Assembly (NCBI GenBank): GCA_964016885.1
Contig: OZ024765.1
Location: 8,866,001 to 8,930,000, forward strand
Source of the DNA: Eledone cirrhosa
Lineage: Eukaryota
Length of the DNA stretch: 64,000 nt
Direction of reading: 5' to 3'
Shown: positions 40,054-55,334 of the stretch, in pieces
How positions within the stretch are numbered: position 1 is the first letter of the stretch
Layout: each line of letters begins with the position of its first letter
Position numbers and translations under genes: made by a program
The notes under the pieces: model-generated
Databases searched by the model: none
Seen by the model: only the letters and a program-made list of their open reading frames with translations
What the model was told of the DNA's origin: nothing

Positions 40054-41510
40054 TCATCATCATCATTTTACGTCCGCTCTTCCCTGCTTGAAAGGGTGGG
40101 ACGGGTCCTATTCAGCACAGCATCTCTCCACTGGTCGCGGTCCTTCGTCATCTCCACCGTGAGCTTCAATGATCTGAGGTCTGTTCTCACCACCTCCGCC
40201 CATGTTTTTTGTGGTCTTCCTCTACCACGTCTTCCTTCAACTGGAATTTCCTGGCACTTCTTCACCCATAGGTCATCCTCCATGTACATCACATGTCCAT
40301 ACCACCTCAGTCTCCTCTCCCGTACACTACATTCTATCCCTCTCAGACACAGTTTCTCTCTCAACACATTCATGCTGAGTCATTCACACACATTGACACT
40401 GCACATCCAACGGAGCATGCTTGCCTCATTTCTCTCCAGCCATCGCATATCCTCTGCAGTTGCTGCCCATGTCTCACTACCATGCAGCATCGCGCTCCTC
40501 ACACAGGCATCATATAACCGGCCTTTCGTATGCAGAGAGAAACCCCTCTTCGTCAGCAGAGGAAGCAGCTCCCTAAACTTCTTCCAACCCGTCCTTATTC
40601 TAGATACTATGGCTTCGGAACACCCTCCTCCTATGCTAATCTGATTTCCTAGGTACCGGAATCTATCCAACACTTCTATAGCACCCGCCTGCATTTGAAA
40701 AATGTGTCTATCAATGCAACTTCTACTGTCTAATTTCCCTGTACATCTACTGCATACATATTTCTCCCTACCTGTTAGTTTGCCTGCTATCCCGCTACAT
40801 CTCTTGTGTACCCAGGATCTGCATTGTGTGCATTTTATAGAATTTATGCCAGTTTCTTTTCTGTATATCGAACATGGTCATTTCCCTGACGGAATCAGAG
40901 TTTTGTCCTCTTTTCTACTCATCAACACTTTTGTCTTAGCTAGGTTCACTCTCAGTCCTCTTGCTTCCAACTGCTGTTTCCATAGCCAGAATGTATTCTC
41001 TAGCTCCTCTACTGATTCTGCTATAAGAACCAGATCGTCAGAATTCCTCACTAAACTCCATTCCTACCCTGACTTTACTGAGAGTACCTCTGTACAAAGT
41101 TTGCACTGTCCTCAGAAAGCCATTCCTCAACACCTAGGGACCACCAGATGACAGATCGGGGTACCCTATCAAAGGCCTTCTCTAGGTCAACAAAGGCTAA
41201 GTACAGTGGCTTATTCTTCTCTAAGAACCACTCTTGCAATTGTCTCACCAAGAAGAGGGCATCTGTTGTACTTTTCCCAGGCACAAAACCAAACTGCATC
41301 TCATCTAGTTTGACCCTTTCTCTAATTAGTTGTGCTAATATCCTTTCTGCCACTTTCATAACCTGATCCATCAGTTTTATACCCCTATAATTGCTCCTCT
41401 CCAGAGCATCCCCTTTACCTTTGTAGCAATTTATGAGAATACTGCTGCACCAGTCTTTGGGTATGACACCACCATATATAGCCTGATTGATGATGCGTGC
41501 AACCAGTTTA
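40054..41510 (-). mobile_element. RTE-clade LINE fragment (RT domain to 3' end), degenerate with internal deletion
   Basis: MQFGFVPGKSTTDA, AFVDLEKAFDRVPR, KGRLYDACVRSAMLHGSETW, RRLRWYGHV and RGRGRPQKTW; (TGA)n tail. Confidence 0.9.
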
Positions 41511-41591
41511 GTGCCTTATGTGTGAAACGCAGCAAGGAGCGGGTAATTCGGCTATTGTTTTAATAATTGCCATTCTCCTTGTAAGTAAAGA

Positions 41592-41785
41592 TGCATGGCT
41601 TAGTGGTTAGAGCATTGGGCTTGCAATTGAGAGGTTGCGAGTTCAATTCTTGGGTCCGGTGATGCGTTGTGTCCTTGAGCAAGACATTATATTTCACATT
41701 GCTCCATTTTATTCAGCTATAGAATTGAGTTGTGATGTCACTGGTACCCAGCTGTATCGGCCATTGTCTTTCCCTTGGACAACAT
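41592..41785 (+). mobile_element. SINE family B-type head and CORE-like domain
   Basis: TGGCTTAGTGG, GAGTTCAATTC, TGTGTCCTTGAGCAAGAC. Confidence 0.75.
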
Positions 41786-41789
41786 ATAT

Positions 41790-42785
41790 ATTGTGTATAT
41801 ATAGAGTATAGAGTCTATATATAGAGTATAGTATATATATAGAGTATAGGGGGTGTATATTTAGAGTATAGAGTGTATATATAGAGTATAGAGTGTATAT
41901 ATGGAGTATAGAGTGTATATAGAGTATAGGGGGTGTATATATAGGGTATAGAGTGTATATATAGAGTACAGAGTGTGTATATAGAGTGTAGAGTGTGTAT
42001 ATAGAGTATAGAGTGTATATAGAATATAGGGGGTGTATATATAGAGTATAGAGTGTATATATAGAGTATAGAGTGTATATATAGAGAGTATAGAGTGTGT
42101 ATATATAGAGAGTATAGAGTGTGTATATAGAGTATAGGGGTGTATATATAGGGTATAGAGTGTATATATAGAGTATAGAGTGTATATATAGAGTTTAGAG
42201 TGTATATAGAGTATAGAGTGTATATATAGAGAGTGTAGAGTGTGTATATAGAGTATAGAGTGTATATATAGAGTATAGAGTGTATATATAGAGAGTGTAG
42301 AGTGTGTATATATATAGAGTATAGAGTGTGTATATATATAGAGTATAGAGTGTATATATAAAGTATAGAGTGTGTATATATAGAGTATAGAGTGTATATA
42401 TAGAGAGTATAGAGTGTGTATATAGAGTATAGAGTGTGTATATAGAGTATAGAGTGTGTATATAGAGTATAAAGTGTATATATACAGTATAGAGTGTGTA
42501 TATAGAGTATAGTGTATATATAGAGTATTGAGTGTATATATAGAGTATAGAGTGTGTATATATAGAGTATTGAGTGTATATATAGAGTATAGGGGGTATA
42601 TATAGAGTATGGAGTGTATATAGAGTATAGAGTGTATATATAGAGAGTATAAAGTGTGTATATAGAGTATAGAGTGGATATATAGAGTATAGAGTGTGTA
42701 TATATAGAGAGTATAAAGTGTATATATAGAGTATAGAGTGTATATATAGAGTATTGAGTGTATATATAGTATATATATATATATA
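41790..42785. repeat. ~20-bp degenerate minisatellite (GAGTATAGAGTGTATATATA)
   Basis: Direct inspection. Confidence 0.9.
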
Positions 42786-43038
42786 GTGGAAGTTGTGATT
42801 TCACAGGTGTGAAGCTGTATCAGCCATTGCCTTGGACAACATCTGTGTAGAGGGGAGACTGTGGGGGACTACTGGTCTTCCCCAAACCTGTGGCAAACTT
42901 TCTAGGTGCAAAACCATGGTCATTCGCGAGGAGGGCCTTTAGGATTTTCCTTGTAACTGAACCTTTTTCTGTTTTAAGACCCATAGAAAATGATTTTTGG
43001 GTGGTTTGTGGGGCTGGAACATATTATTTATATTTTAA

Positions 43039-43226
43039 AGGGCGGTGGATTGGCAGTATCGGTAGAGGGTCGGACGCCATGTTTTCCAGCATAGTTACGT
43101 CCCTTTACGATCTGAGTTCAAATCCCGCCGAGCTTGACTTTGCCTTTCATCCTTACGGGGTCGATAAAATAAAGTACCAGTAATGCACTGGGTAATTGCT
43201 GGCCTTGTGCCTAAAGTAGAAACAAT
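43039..43226 (+). mobile_element. SINE family A with TSD
   Basis: Full copy flanked by ATTATTTATATTTTAA on both sides. Confidence 0.9.
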
Positions 43227-43349
43227 TATTTATATTTTAATTAATTTCAATGGGGAAAATTGATTTGTAAAACGAGCAAATTGTATAACGAACTTGATCA
43301 TGGAACTAATTAAACTTGTTACGTGAGGTATCTCTGTAGTTAGTCATGG

Positions 43350-44305
43350 GGCCAGCTATGTCACACACTGTGTCATACTGAATCTCCCTGAGAAATATGT
43401 TAAAGGTACCCATATCTGTGGAATACTTAGCTATGTTACACACTGTGTCATGCCGAATCTCCCTGAGAAATATGTTAAAGGTACCCATATCTGTGGAATA
43501 CTTAGCTATGTCACACACTGTGTCATGCCGAATCTCCCTGAGAAATATGTTAAAGGTACCCATATCTGTGGAAGATTCAGCTATGGCATGCACTGTGTCA
43601 TGCCGAATCTCCCTGAGAAATATGTTAAAGGTACCCATATCTGTGGAATACTTAGCTATGTCACACACTGTGTCATGCCGAATCTCCCTGAGAAATATGT
43701 TAAAGGTACCCATATCTGTGGAATACTTAGCTATGTCACACACTGTGTCATGCCGAATCTCCCTGAGAAATATGTTAAAGGTACCCATATCTGTGGAATA
43801 CTTAGCTATGTCACACACTGTGTCATGCCGAATCTCCCTGAGAAATATGTTAAAGGTACCCATATCTGTGGAATACTTAGCTATGTCACACACTGTGTCA
43901 TGCCGAATCTCCCTGAGAAATATGTTAAAGGTACCCATATCTGTGGAATACTTAGCTATGTCACACACTGTGTCATGCCGAATCTCCCTGAGAAATATGT
44001 TAAAGGTACCCATATCTGTGGAATACTTAGCTATGTCACACACTGTGTCATGCCGAATCTCCCTGAGAAATATGTTAAAGGTACCCATATCTGTGGAATA
44101 CTTAGCTATGTCACACACTGTGTCATGCCGAATCTCCCTGAGAAATATGTTAAAGGTACCCATATCTGTGGAAGATTCAGCTATGGCATGCACTGTGGCA
44201 TGCACTGTGGCATGCCGAATCTCCCTGAGAAATATGTTAATGGTATTTATGTCTGTGGAATACTCAGCCATGTCATACTCTGTGTCATGCCGAATCTCCC
44301 TGAGA
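43350..44305 (-). repeat. 75-bp tandem array (~12-13 units); monomer at 32380-32470 in opposite orientation
   Basis: 25-aa periodic ORFs. The unit matches the reverse complement of GTGGCTGAGTATTCCACAGACATGTGTACCTTTAACATAATTCTCAGGGAGATTCAGCATGGCACAGAATGTGAC. Confidence 0.9.
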
Positions 44306-44759
44306 ATGCTAAATCTCATGTGTGTGCATGTCTGTTTTATCGTGTGTGTGTGTATGTATGTATGTGTATTTCTCTGTATATATGTGCGTTTGTGTAGGAA
44401 TGTGTGTATGTATATGTGTGTATATATATATATGTGTGTGTATATATATATGTATATGTGTGTATATATATATATATGTGTGTGTGTGTATATATGTGTA
44501 TGTGTGAGAAGGTTTAACTCTAAATTTGGCACCACTAAATATAGCTAGAATGTCTAATTTAAGGATTTTCACACCACCACCACCACCACCACCACCACCA
44601 CCACCACTACACCACCACCACCACCACCACCACTACACCACCACCACCACCACACCACTACACTACCCCCCCCCCCCCCCCCCACCACCACCACATTTCA
44701 CACCATAGAAACAGCTTTAGTACTTTTGTCAGTTTAAAAATAGTTTGTGTGTAAATATG

Positions 44760-46700
<1,941 letters not shown>

Positions 46701-47937
46701 TTTATTTTTCATTGTTAAAATTCTTTTTGTTATTGTGTTGTGTTGTGTGTTACTTTTTTCACTCAATCTTATTGTAACCTCTCCACCACCTCCACCCTGC
46801 CCTGCCCATCACCCCCACTGTCCCTGTCTATGTATTGTCACCTCCATGTTGGCTCTTGTGGCTAATAAATGAAATCATTATTATTATTTTTTTTATATAT
46901 ATATATTTTGTTTTCGGTGACTTTTTTTTAAATTATTTTTTACATTCTAAGAATTTTTGGTTCCTATTTTGAAAATAATTTCTTTGTGAAAATTTGTTGT
47001 TGTTGTTATTCTTGTTGTTGTTGCTGTTGTTGTTTCAGTTGTTGTTGTTGTTACTGTTGTTGATGTCGTTGGTGTCATTTCTTGGTGAAGGCCAACTTAA
47101 AACTCCCTTCCCACCAACACCAACGCCTCCCTCCTCACCCTTACAAGCCCCATTCAATCTCCACCCACCTTCAACGCCACCCCAAAACCAAACCTCAACC
47201 CAGCTGGTCCTTCCCCTTACCCCTCCCCTGCCCCCCCATGTGAAGTATTCGATGTACCACCACCACCACCACCACCGTACTGTAAACCAAACCACAAAAA
47301 TAAACACATTCGTTACATTAGAGTGAAGGTCACCCCCCCCCCCCCCCCGACCCTCATCCCCCACCCCCCGAGCCCCCACCTGATTCTCCCTACCCCCAAC
47401 CCAACCCGTGTGAAGTGTGGTGTGTACCCTAAACCATGCATTCATTATATTAGTGTGAAGACCAAAGGTCACAACAGCAATTCTGAAAATGAACAAAATA
47501 ATACTGGGTCAGTTCTTCACTTACTAATGGAGGGCTTAGGTTAGGGGTCTCCCATGTGGGGCACCATCTTGCTTTGATCACACGCTCTGCTAAAAAGTGA
47601 TGGAGTTAAAAATAGCAGCTAAATACCCCTCAATTCACCCCCTACTGTTTTAGAAAAGAGTTCTCCTATGGGATGATAATATGGAGATAGAAATAGCAGC
47701 GAAATATGCCTCAATTCACTGTCTTAAAAAAAGGTCTTTTATGAAATGATAATATGGAGATAAAAATAGCAGCCAAATCTGCCTCTATTCACCCCTTACT
47801 GTTTTAAAAAAGAGTCCTTCTATGGGATGATAATATGAGAATAGAAATAGCAGCTAAATCTGCCTCAATCCACCCCTTACTGTCTTTAAAAATGCTGTCT
47901 TTAATGGCTCTCTATGGAATCAAAAGAGAGAGCTATA

Positions 47938-48840
47938 GATTTTCACAACAATCTGTCCACCAGTAAAGATACTATAAACATTTCGTACAAAACAACACTA
48001 TGACTACATCACATTAGATATTAAAGTCTTTACTGTAATACTGTAAATTTTCACAACAATCTGTCCACCAGTAAAGATACTATAAACATTTAGTACAAAA
48101 CAACACTATGACTACATCACATTAAATATTAAAGTCTTTACTGTAATACTGTAAATTTTTACAACAATCTGTCCACCAGTAAAGATACTATAGACATTTA
48201 GTACAAAACAACACTATGACTACATCACATTAAATATTAAAGTCTTTACTGTAATACTGTAAATTTTCACAACAATCTGTCCACCAGTAAAGATACTATA
48301 AACATTTAGTACAAAACAACACTGACTACATCACATTAGATATTAAAGTCTTTACTGTAATACTGTAAATTTTCACAACAATCTGTCCACCAGTAAAGAT
48401 ACTATAAACATTTAGTACAAAACAACACTATGACTACATCACATTAGATATTAAAGTCTTTACTGTAATACTGTAAATTTTCACAACAATCTGTCCACCA
48501 GTAAAGATACTATAAACATTTAGTACAAAACAACACTATGACTACATCACATTAGATATTAAAGTCTTTACTGTAATACTGTAAATTTTTACAACAATCT
48601 GTCCACCAGTAAAGATACTATAAACATTTAGTACAAAACAACACTATGACTACATCACATTAAATATTAAAATCTTTACTGTAATACTGTAAATTTTCAC
48701 AACAATCTGTCCACCAGTAAAGATACTATAAACATTTAGTACAAAACAACACTGACTACATCACATTAAATATTAGTCTTTACTGTAATACTGTAAATTT
48801 TCATAATAATCTGTCCACTAGTAAAGCTACTACACACATT
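47938..48840. repeat. 108-bp tandem repeat (~8 units)
   Basis: ATCTGTCCACCAG recurs at 47951, 48059, 48167 and onward. Confidence 0.95.
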
Positions 48841-49040
48841 TGAATTAAAACAGAATAACTCGTTTCCAACAGTTCATAACTTCAAAGCTAGATGGGGTTA
48901 CTAGTTTATTGATGTGACATTCGTCAATCATTTAGATGTTTTTTAATAAATGTTTGTTAAAAAAAATAGTCATTTTAATGAAAAAAAAAGCCCCAGCACA
49001 GCAACTATAGCTGTGTAAATTATACACAGCAGTCAACAGG

Positions 49041-49233
49041 TTAAATCTTTAGCATTTAAACTGGCCATATCTGGCTAGAATTCTCTCACCTCTTTCTGTT
49101 CAAACCAGCCATAACCAGCCACTCATACTGACATTAAGGTATTGTTCTCAAAATAAATAATTACTTCATCAAAATCTCCTAGTTTCCATATTACGTGAGA
49201 TAAAGCCTTTACCATTAAATGCTAAAGTGTTAA
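49041..49233 (-). mobile_element. piggyBac-like MITE, minimal form without the 72-bp array
   Basis: TTAAATCTTTAGCATTTAAAC ... TTAAATGCTAAAGTGTTAA; the body matches 895-1029 reversed. Confidence 0.75.
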
Positions 49234-49399
49234 ACAAGTCTGAAAAACTGAATGTCTGTCTCACAACCAGAAATACAGCAGACACTATTGTTGGTGAAGA
49301 AGGGCACATAACTCCACTTGAGCTTATGGGATCAATAACTGTTCTTGTATCAGTAGTTGTGAGGGGGGGGGGGGTTATTTGCTTTGGTAATTCACATCA

Positions 49400-50300
49400 G
49401 TTGACGGTATTTGGCGTTATCTGACTATATTTGGCGTTATTTGGCGGTAGTTGGCGTTATTTGACGGCATTTGGCGTTACTTGACGATACTTGTCGTTGT
49501 TATGGTATTTGGCGTTATTTGACGATAATTGGCATTATTTTATGGTATTTGGCGTTATTTGACGGTATTTGGCGTTAGTTGACGGTAGTTACCGTTATTT
49601 GACGGTAGTTACCATTATTTTATGGTATTTGGTATCATTTGACGATATTTAACGACAGTTGACGGTTGGCGACAGCAATTATCGTGTGAGGTGACATCTG
49701 CTGTTGACATCTGCTGTTGACATCTGTTGGTGACATCTGTTGGTGACATCTGTTGGTGACATCTGTTGATGGTAATTGCTGATATTTGACTTTAGATTAT
49801 ATTAGGTGGTGGTGTTTGACAGCAATTGACATCTGGTGACATTGGTTGAAGTTAGTTGACATCAGACGACGTTTGTTGAGATCAGGTGACGTTAGTTGAC
49901 ATCTGTTGACGTTGGTTGACATCAGTTGACATTGGTTGACATTCGTTGACATTTGCTGTCGTTAGTTGTCGTTTGTTGATATCTGTGACGTTTGTTGACG
50001 TTGGTTGACGTTTGTTGATATCTGTGACGTTTGTTGACGTTTGTTGACATCTGTTGACGTTGGTTGACGTTTGTTGATATCTGTGACTTTTGTTGACGTT
50101 TGTTGATATCTGTGACGTTGGTTGGCATCAGGTAACGTTGGTTGACGTCAGTTGACATCTGTTGACGTTAGGTGACGTTGATTTGGCATCGGGCGACGTT
50201 GATTAACGTTAGTTGGCATTAGCTGATGTTAATTGACGTTAGTTGACATTGGTTGACATCAGGTGGCGTTGGTTGACGTTGATTGGCGGTAATTGACGGC
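49400..50300. repeat. Degenerate ~10-bp-period repeat (TTGGCGTTAT / GTTGACATCT / GTTGACGTT)
   Basis: Direct inspection. Confidence 0.85.
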
Positions 50301-51127
50301 AGGTGATTGGTTAGATTCTTAACAAGGCTGAAAATCAAAACCAATATAGAAACTGAATTAAATATGGAAACAATTTTTGAAAGATAAACGTTTTTGATAT
50401 CTTTGGTTGATTCTCTTTAAACCTTTTATATACTAGCAGAAAAACCACCCTGTGTAGTGTGTATATTGATATTATACGCAAATATATATACATGTAGATA
50501 TGATACAGCAAATAAAATCGTAATTGACAATGTACACAGAAATTGAACAAAGACTGCGCTACACTGTCTTATGTAATCAGTAACGTAATCCATGATACAT
50601 TAAAAAAAGACGATATTATATATAAACTGCATTAGGAGAAAATTAGTGACAGAAATATATGAATGTTTATTTAAGCGATCGCCACCGGAAGTGTTGACAT
50701 TTGAAAATTTTAAAGAAGTGAATCTTTAAATAAGTAATAAAATATATTTAATGAACAGCTACGAAATTTAGTAGATAAATTATGTAATATTCATTCATTA
50801 TTTATTCAAAGTAATCCAACTTATTTTACTAACGGGATAAAAAAATATATTCTCCTCCCTTTATTATAGTTTAGATGTTTAAACCTTATATATATGTTTC
50901 TGAGGGTGAACAGGGTCTTTGAGACTAGTAATGGATAGTAACTTAACCACGGCCATGCTAGTCATTATATCAATCTTCATCGATCTATTGACCCTCTGAA
51001 ACGATCGTAAAATAATGAACTAACTCTCTACCTACTCCTGATTTCTGTTTTTAGTGTTCAAACACATATATGTAAGTGATTTTGTAACCCGAGCGGATTT
51101 TTTTGTGGTACCTTAGGCTGTGACAAC

Positions 51128-51220
51128 CTACCACAAGAACTGTTGGTCACACTGCTGATTCTCGCAGAAGACATTGAGTTCTGACAATGTTATCAGCTCC
51201 ACCACAACCAGATGGACTCC
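51128..51220 (-). CDS. Possible terminal exon of the NWD-like gene (GVHLVVVELITLSELNVFCENQQCDQQFLW*)
   Basis: Acceptor CTCTGTCTCAG|GGA is phase-compatible with the AAG|GTTTGT donor at 51537. No homology evidence. Confidence 0.3.
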   Translation of the reverse strand, partial: GVHLVVVELITLSELNVFCENQQCDQQFLW

Positions 51221-51276
51221 CTGAGACAGAGATGGAGGAGGGGATATAGTACAGAGGGAGGGAGAGAGAGAGAGAG

Positions 51277-51321
<45 letters not shown>

Positions 51322-51537
51322 TACAGAGAGAAAGAGAGAGAGAGAGAGAGTACAGAGAGAGAGAGTACAAAGAGAGAGAGAGTACAGAGAGAGAGAGGGA
51401 TACATTACAGAGAGAGCGAGAGAGAGACAGTAGAGAGAGTGATAGAGAGAGATAGAGAGAGACAGTACAGGGAGAGAGTACAGGGAGAGAGAGAGAAAAG
51501 GAGACAGTACAGGGAGAGAGAGGGAGATGGTACAAAC

Positions 51538-54500
51538 CTTTGACTGTTTCTGTGACACCATTCCTGCTTTGGCAACAAATCGACTGATGTGTAACGTGGC
51601 CCCGAAATGTTCCTTATTGGAGATAACCTCCCCATTAGCATCAAGGGCCGGTGGCTGTACAGGAAGGGCCTGCCGTGCGGGTAACGCTCGAAGGTAATCC
51701 AGATTTTCCTGATATTCTGGATCTGCGATGGTTAACAGAGTCAAACTACCATCGACAGCACCGATGATGATGGAGGTACCGAGAGCATTACAGCTCATCG
51801 TGTTGATTGCAGCGTGGGTCTTGAAGTTGGCAATCATTTTAGCATCAGACACTCGAAAAACTCGAATGGTCCTTCGTCCGGAGTGATAGTAGACGACGTG
51901 TTGGTCGTTTTTGGTAAAAAACACCTGAATGTTAAACACACCTTCAGCAACTTTTGGTATAAATGTTCGGATTGTTCTTCCGTGTTTTAATTCCAAGAGT
52001 TCCAGACCGCCTCTAGAAGGGGCGTATAACCCATGTTTGCCGTTCCTCGTTGACATTCCATTCCACCGTAATACAGAACGCATTAAAGTCTTTTTTTTCA
52101 AGTCAATAATGTTTCCTTTTTCGCAGTCGACCACAGCGATCTGGTGAGTCTCATGTGGCATGGCGACCACACCAAGAATGTCTTTATAGTTGGCGTATTT
52201 TAGCTGCATAGTAAACTGCAGATGTCCTGTCTTGGCGTTGTAGATGTTAATAGTGTCGCAGCTTCTGTCAGTCGCAGGGACTGCGAGCTGAAGACTGCTG
52301 CATGTGAGTACAGGGTTCAGGAATTTCTTCATCGCGTAATCAAACTTGTAAACTTCGTCTCCGTCAGGGAATATGAAACAGGACCCGTGACCCTTCTCTT
52401 CGCTGACCACAGAGAAACTTATCACCCTTGTGTTGTCGTCATTGAGCAGGACTACCTGTGTGTTGGCTTGGGGGATCTTCTTCATCATTTTCCCTGTCTT
52501 GGCATCCCAGAAGACCACCCCCACAGATTCAGCTACAACCACGTACTTGCCGTCCTTCGTGATGAGAGCTGTCGAGATGATAGAGTTATGTGACCCTCCT
52601 GGTAAGTTATGGACCAGTTTTCCCCTTTCTATGTCCCACAGTCCAACCCCATTGCGAGTTGTTGTGACGCAGAAGTTAACATATTCGGCCATATTCATCG
52701 ATTCGATCGGTTTTTCCAGCCGATCAATCGAATGTACGTCTTCGAGGATGTTGTCAAAGTTCCACACTTTGATAGTTTTATCGATCGACGAAGAGATAAC
52801 TTTGTTCTTCTTTCCCCTGACAGCGTCCATTGCTATGATTCTTCCAAAATGTGCATCCAGTACCTTGACCATATTTCCCTGTTTCACATCCCACACATAG
52901 AGATTCCGTCTCACTCCGGCCACCACGAAATGGTTATTCTTCGTGAACGCAACCAAGCTGTTGATTTGATTCTTGGTCGGAATGTTCCTCACTCCATGTG
53001 GAAGCTTGAGATCTTTCAACGTGTCTTTCTTGAGGTCGTACAACTTGTAACCAAACGGGATTGTCACAAGAAGGTAACATTCGTCAGACGCTAAAGCCAT
53101 CGAAAACACTGGTTCTATATTATTATCCAGGGTGTAATTGTAACGCCATCGGTTGCCACTGAGTTTATACGAAACCACGGCATTGTCGCTGATTTCAATA
53201 CAGGTGTAGATATGGGTTTGGTCTTTGGTTAAAACGATTCCACTGTGGAATTCAAACGGTTCGACAGATTGATCAGAAACTTCCAATGTCATCGCGCTGT
53301 CGTCTTCATCATCGCTTTTCAAAAACACAAAATTGTTTCCTTTTTCGGTAAATGTGACTAAAAGAATTGGCATTTTTAGCTCAGATTGGAAACTGTTGAT
53401 GAATTTCCCCTCAATCGTCATTAAGTACCATTCCTTCTCCTTCCAGACTGCCAGGTGAGTGTTGGAGACAGTTGCCCCTAACAACTGACCCTTCACCTTT
53501 CCCTCGGGCTCATTAATTATGTAATAATCTCCCGTGTAAATCAAACACACGACTATTTGTTTGTTGTTGGTGTAGCCAACTGCATATTTGTCCCCGGGGG
53601 ATATGGACAAGTTCTGCATGATGCCTTCGATTTTAGGGGACACCGTTCGCACTACATCCCCAGACGAGAGGTCCCATATGATGAACTTGTTTGAAACGGA
53701 CACCACGTACCGGCCGTCAGTTGTGACGGCGATTCCAAAAGGTGCAAATGGGTGACCCTCTAAGGAATACTGAAGAGGACCGCCGGGCGTTTGAAGGCAA
53801 TGGTGACCTGGAATGAGGGCACAGTTATTTAAGCCCTCGCTTTCACTCTGGTCAATAAGACTGTGGATTTTCTGGTGGGAGTTATAATAGGGTAGAAGCC
53901 TGCCGATGATCTGCGGTCCTAACATATCCGGGTAGTGATTTAACACGGAGCTTGACAACCGGATGGCATCTGCAATCAGCTTCACTTCTTTGTCATATGT
54001 GTGTTCCAGAAGATCTTCTAAGTCTGCTAGAAGAGACTGTAAGGGCATGGAACTTAGTTTGGCGTGGAGCCAGCGGTAATTGAAAATAACTTTCTCATAC
54101 AAATCGTCATATCGATGGGACCGTATAAGAGAGTAAGGCAGCTCACTGAGTTTACGAAGGTTGTGTCTCTTTACTACCACACCCTCGGAGCTGTTGAACA
54201 CGAGAGGCTGCAGGGGTACTTTACGGTCACACTCTCCATGTTTATCATCAAGATTAAACCTCTGTCGTTGAAGTTCAGAATACTCAAATGGTTTTGGTAT
54301 ACCTCCACCCCATGTACCAATGAAATACTCAGCCAGGTTTGAATGTATTTCGCTGACAAAGTTCAGGTTCTTTAAATAACGTTCTTTGGCAGCGTCGATG
54401 AACTGCCTGTGGTACCAACCAATCACATTCACGCCATCGGCTTCCTTCTCACTCAGGTAGCCAGGTAAATCGTTACGTATTCTAGTCCACAATAGTGGAG

Positions 54501-55299
54501 GGATGCGTCGTGTGGGTGGCAAATGGTACTGGTATACATCATTAAGAACTTTCTCGTCTAATGATAAAAGATCTTCGAGCTCCGTTTCCGAAAGACCGTT
54601 CTTCGAAGTTGTTATATAACCGAGGGCGTGGGCTACAAGGGTTTTACCATGCTGGTTCTCAATTTTCTCCAGTAGTTTCGTAATACTGTTGTGGATTGAG
54701 TGACCCAACTGGTTCGGTTGAGGTTTTTTATACGACTTCCATCGACATATTTCATCAAAAACCAGTTTTACGTAGAGGGGTAAATTACATCTTGATATTG
54801 CTTCGTTAACCACTTCCCACTGCTCGTTAGTGATATTCCGATTAGCATTTTTCAACCAGTGTTTAAGTATGGTACTGCTGAGGTTGTGACCCAGTGGCAG
54901 TATCTGTACATAGTTCTCCTTCGATTCCACAATAGTCTTCAGATTTTCCAAGATGTGGTAGTAGTTTGGTAGCGTCGAGACAATGAGTTTGACATTCGGA
55001 GCAAGTTTCCTTGGTAACCAGGAAAGCTCGTGCGCTCCACTGGCCGCGGAAAGTTGGTCGAGGGAGTCAAGGAAAATGATAAGTGGTTTTTTAGGGGTGG
55101 CCGAGCACATCACCTTCTTGAAGTGTTGTATAAGAGGGGCTAGTTCATCTGGGACTTCCTCTTCTTGGGTGTCGTAGATGTAGCTGAGTTGTCGACTTAG
55201 TGTAGTCAGCAGGGGGACAATACTGGAACTGCAGGGTGTTGTTCCGAGAAATCGGAGGAGCATGACTGGCTTTTTATTACCGGTGAACCATGACGTCAC
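51538..55299 (-). CDS. NWD2-like: NWD1/NWD2-like protein, large exon (NACHT Walker B region, helical/winged-helix region, many WD40 repeats)
   Basis: 3762-nt uninterrupted complex ORF containing LIIFLDSLD (Walker B), RIPPLLWTRIRNDL, WYHRQF, and WD repeats (LEGHPF...IIWD; SSSIDKTIKVWN). Acceptor CCTGTAG|GTG at 55300. The 3' boundary is a candidate donor only. Confidence 0.93.
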
Positions 55300-55334
55300 C
55301 TACAGGCAGAAAATATAAATCAGGTAGATACAGG

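Noticed and set aside
43039-43130. tRNA gene
   Set aside because: A/B boxes are present but continue into a SINE body and tail with a TSD; no clear cloverleaf.
43306-44548. Three overlapping 300-400-aa ORFs with a 25-aa period
   Set aside because: A 75-bp tandem repeat open in several frames on both strands.
51929-55177. Plus-strand ORFs overlapping the large NWD exon
   Set aside because: Short antisense shadows of a clearly coding minus-strand frame.
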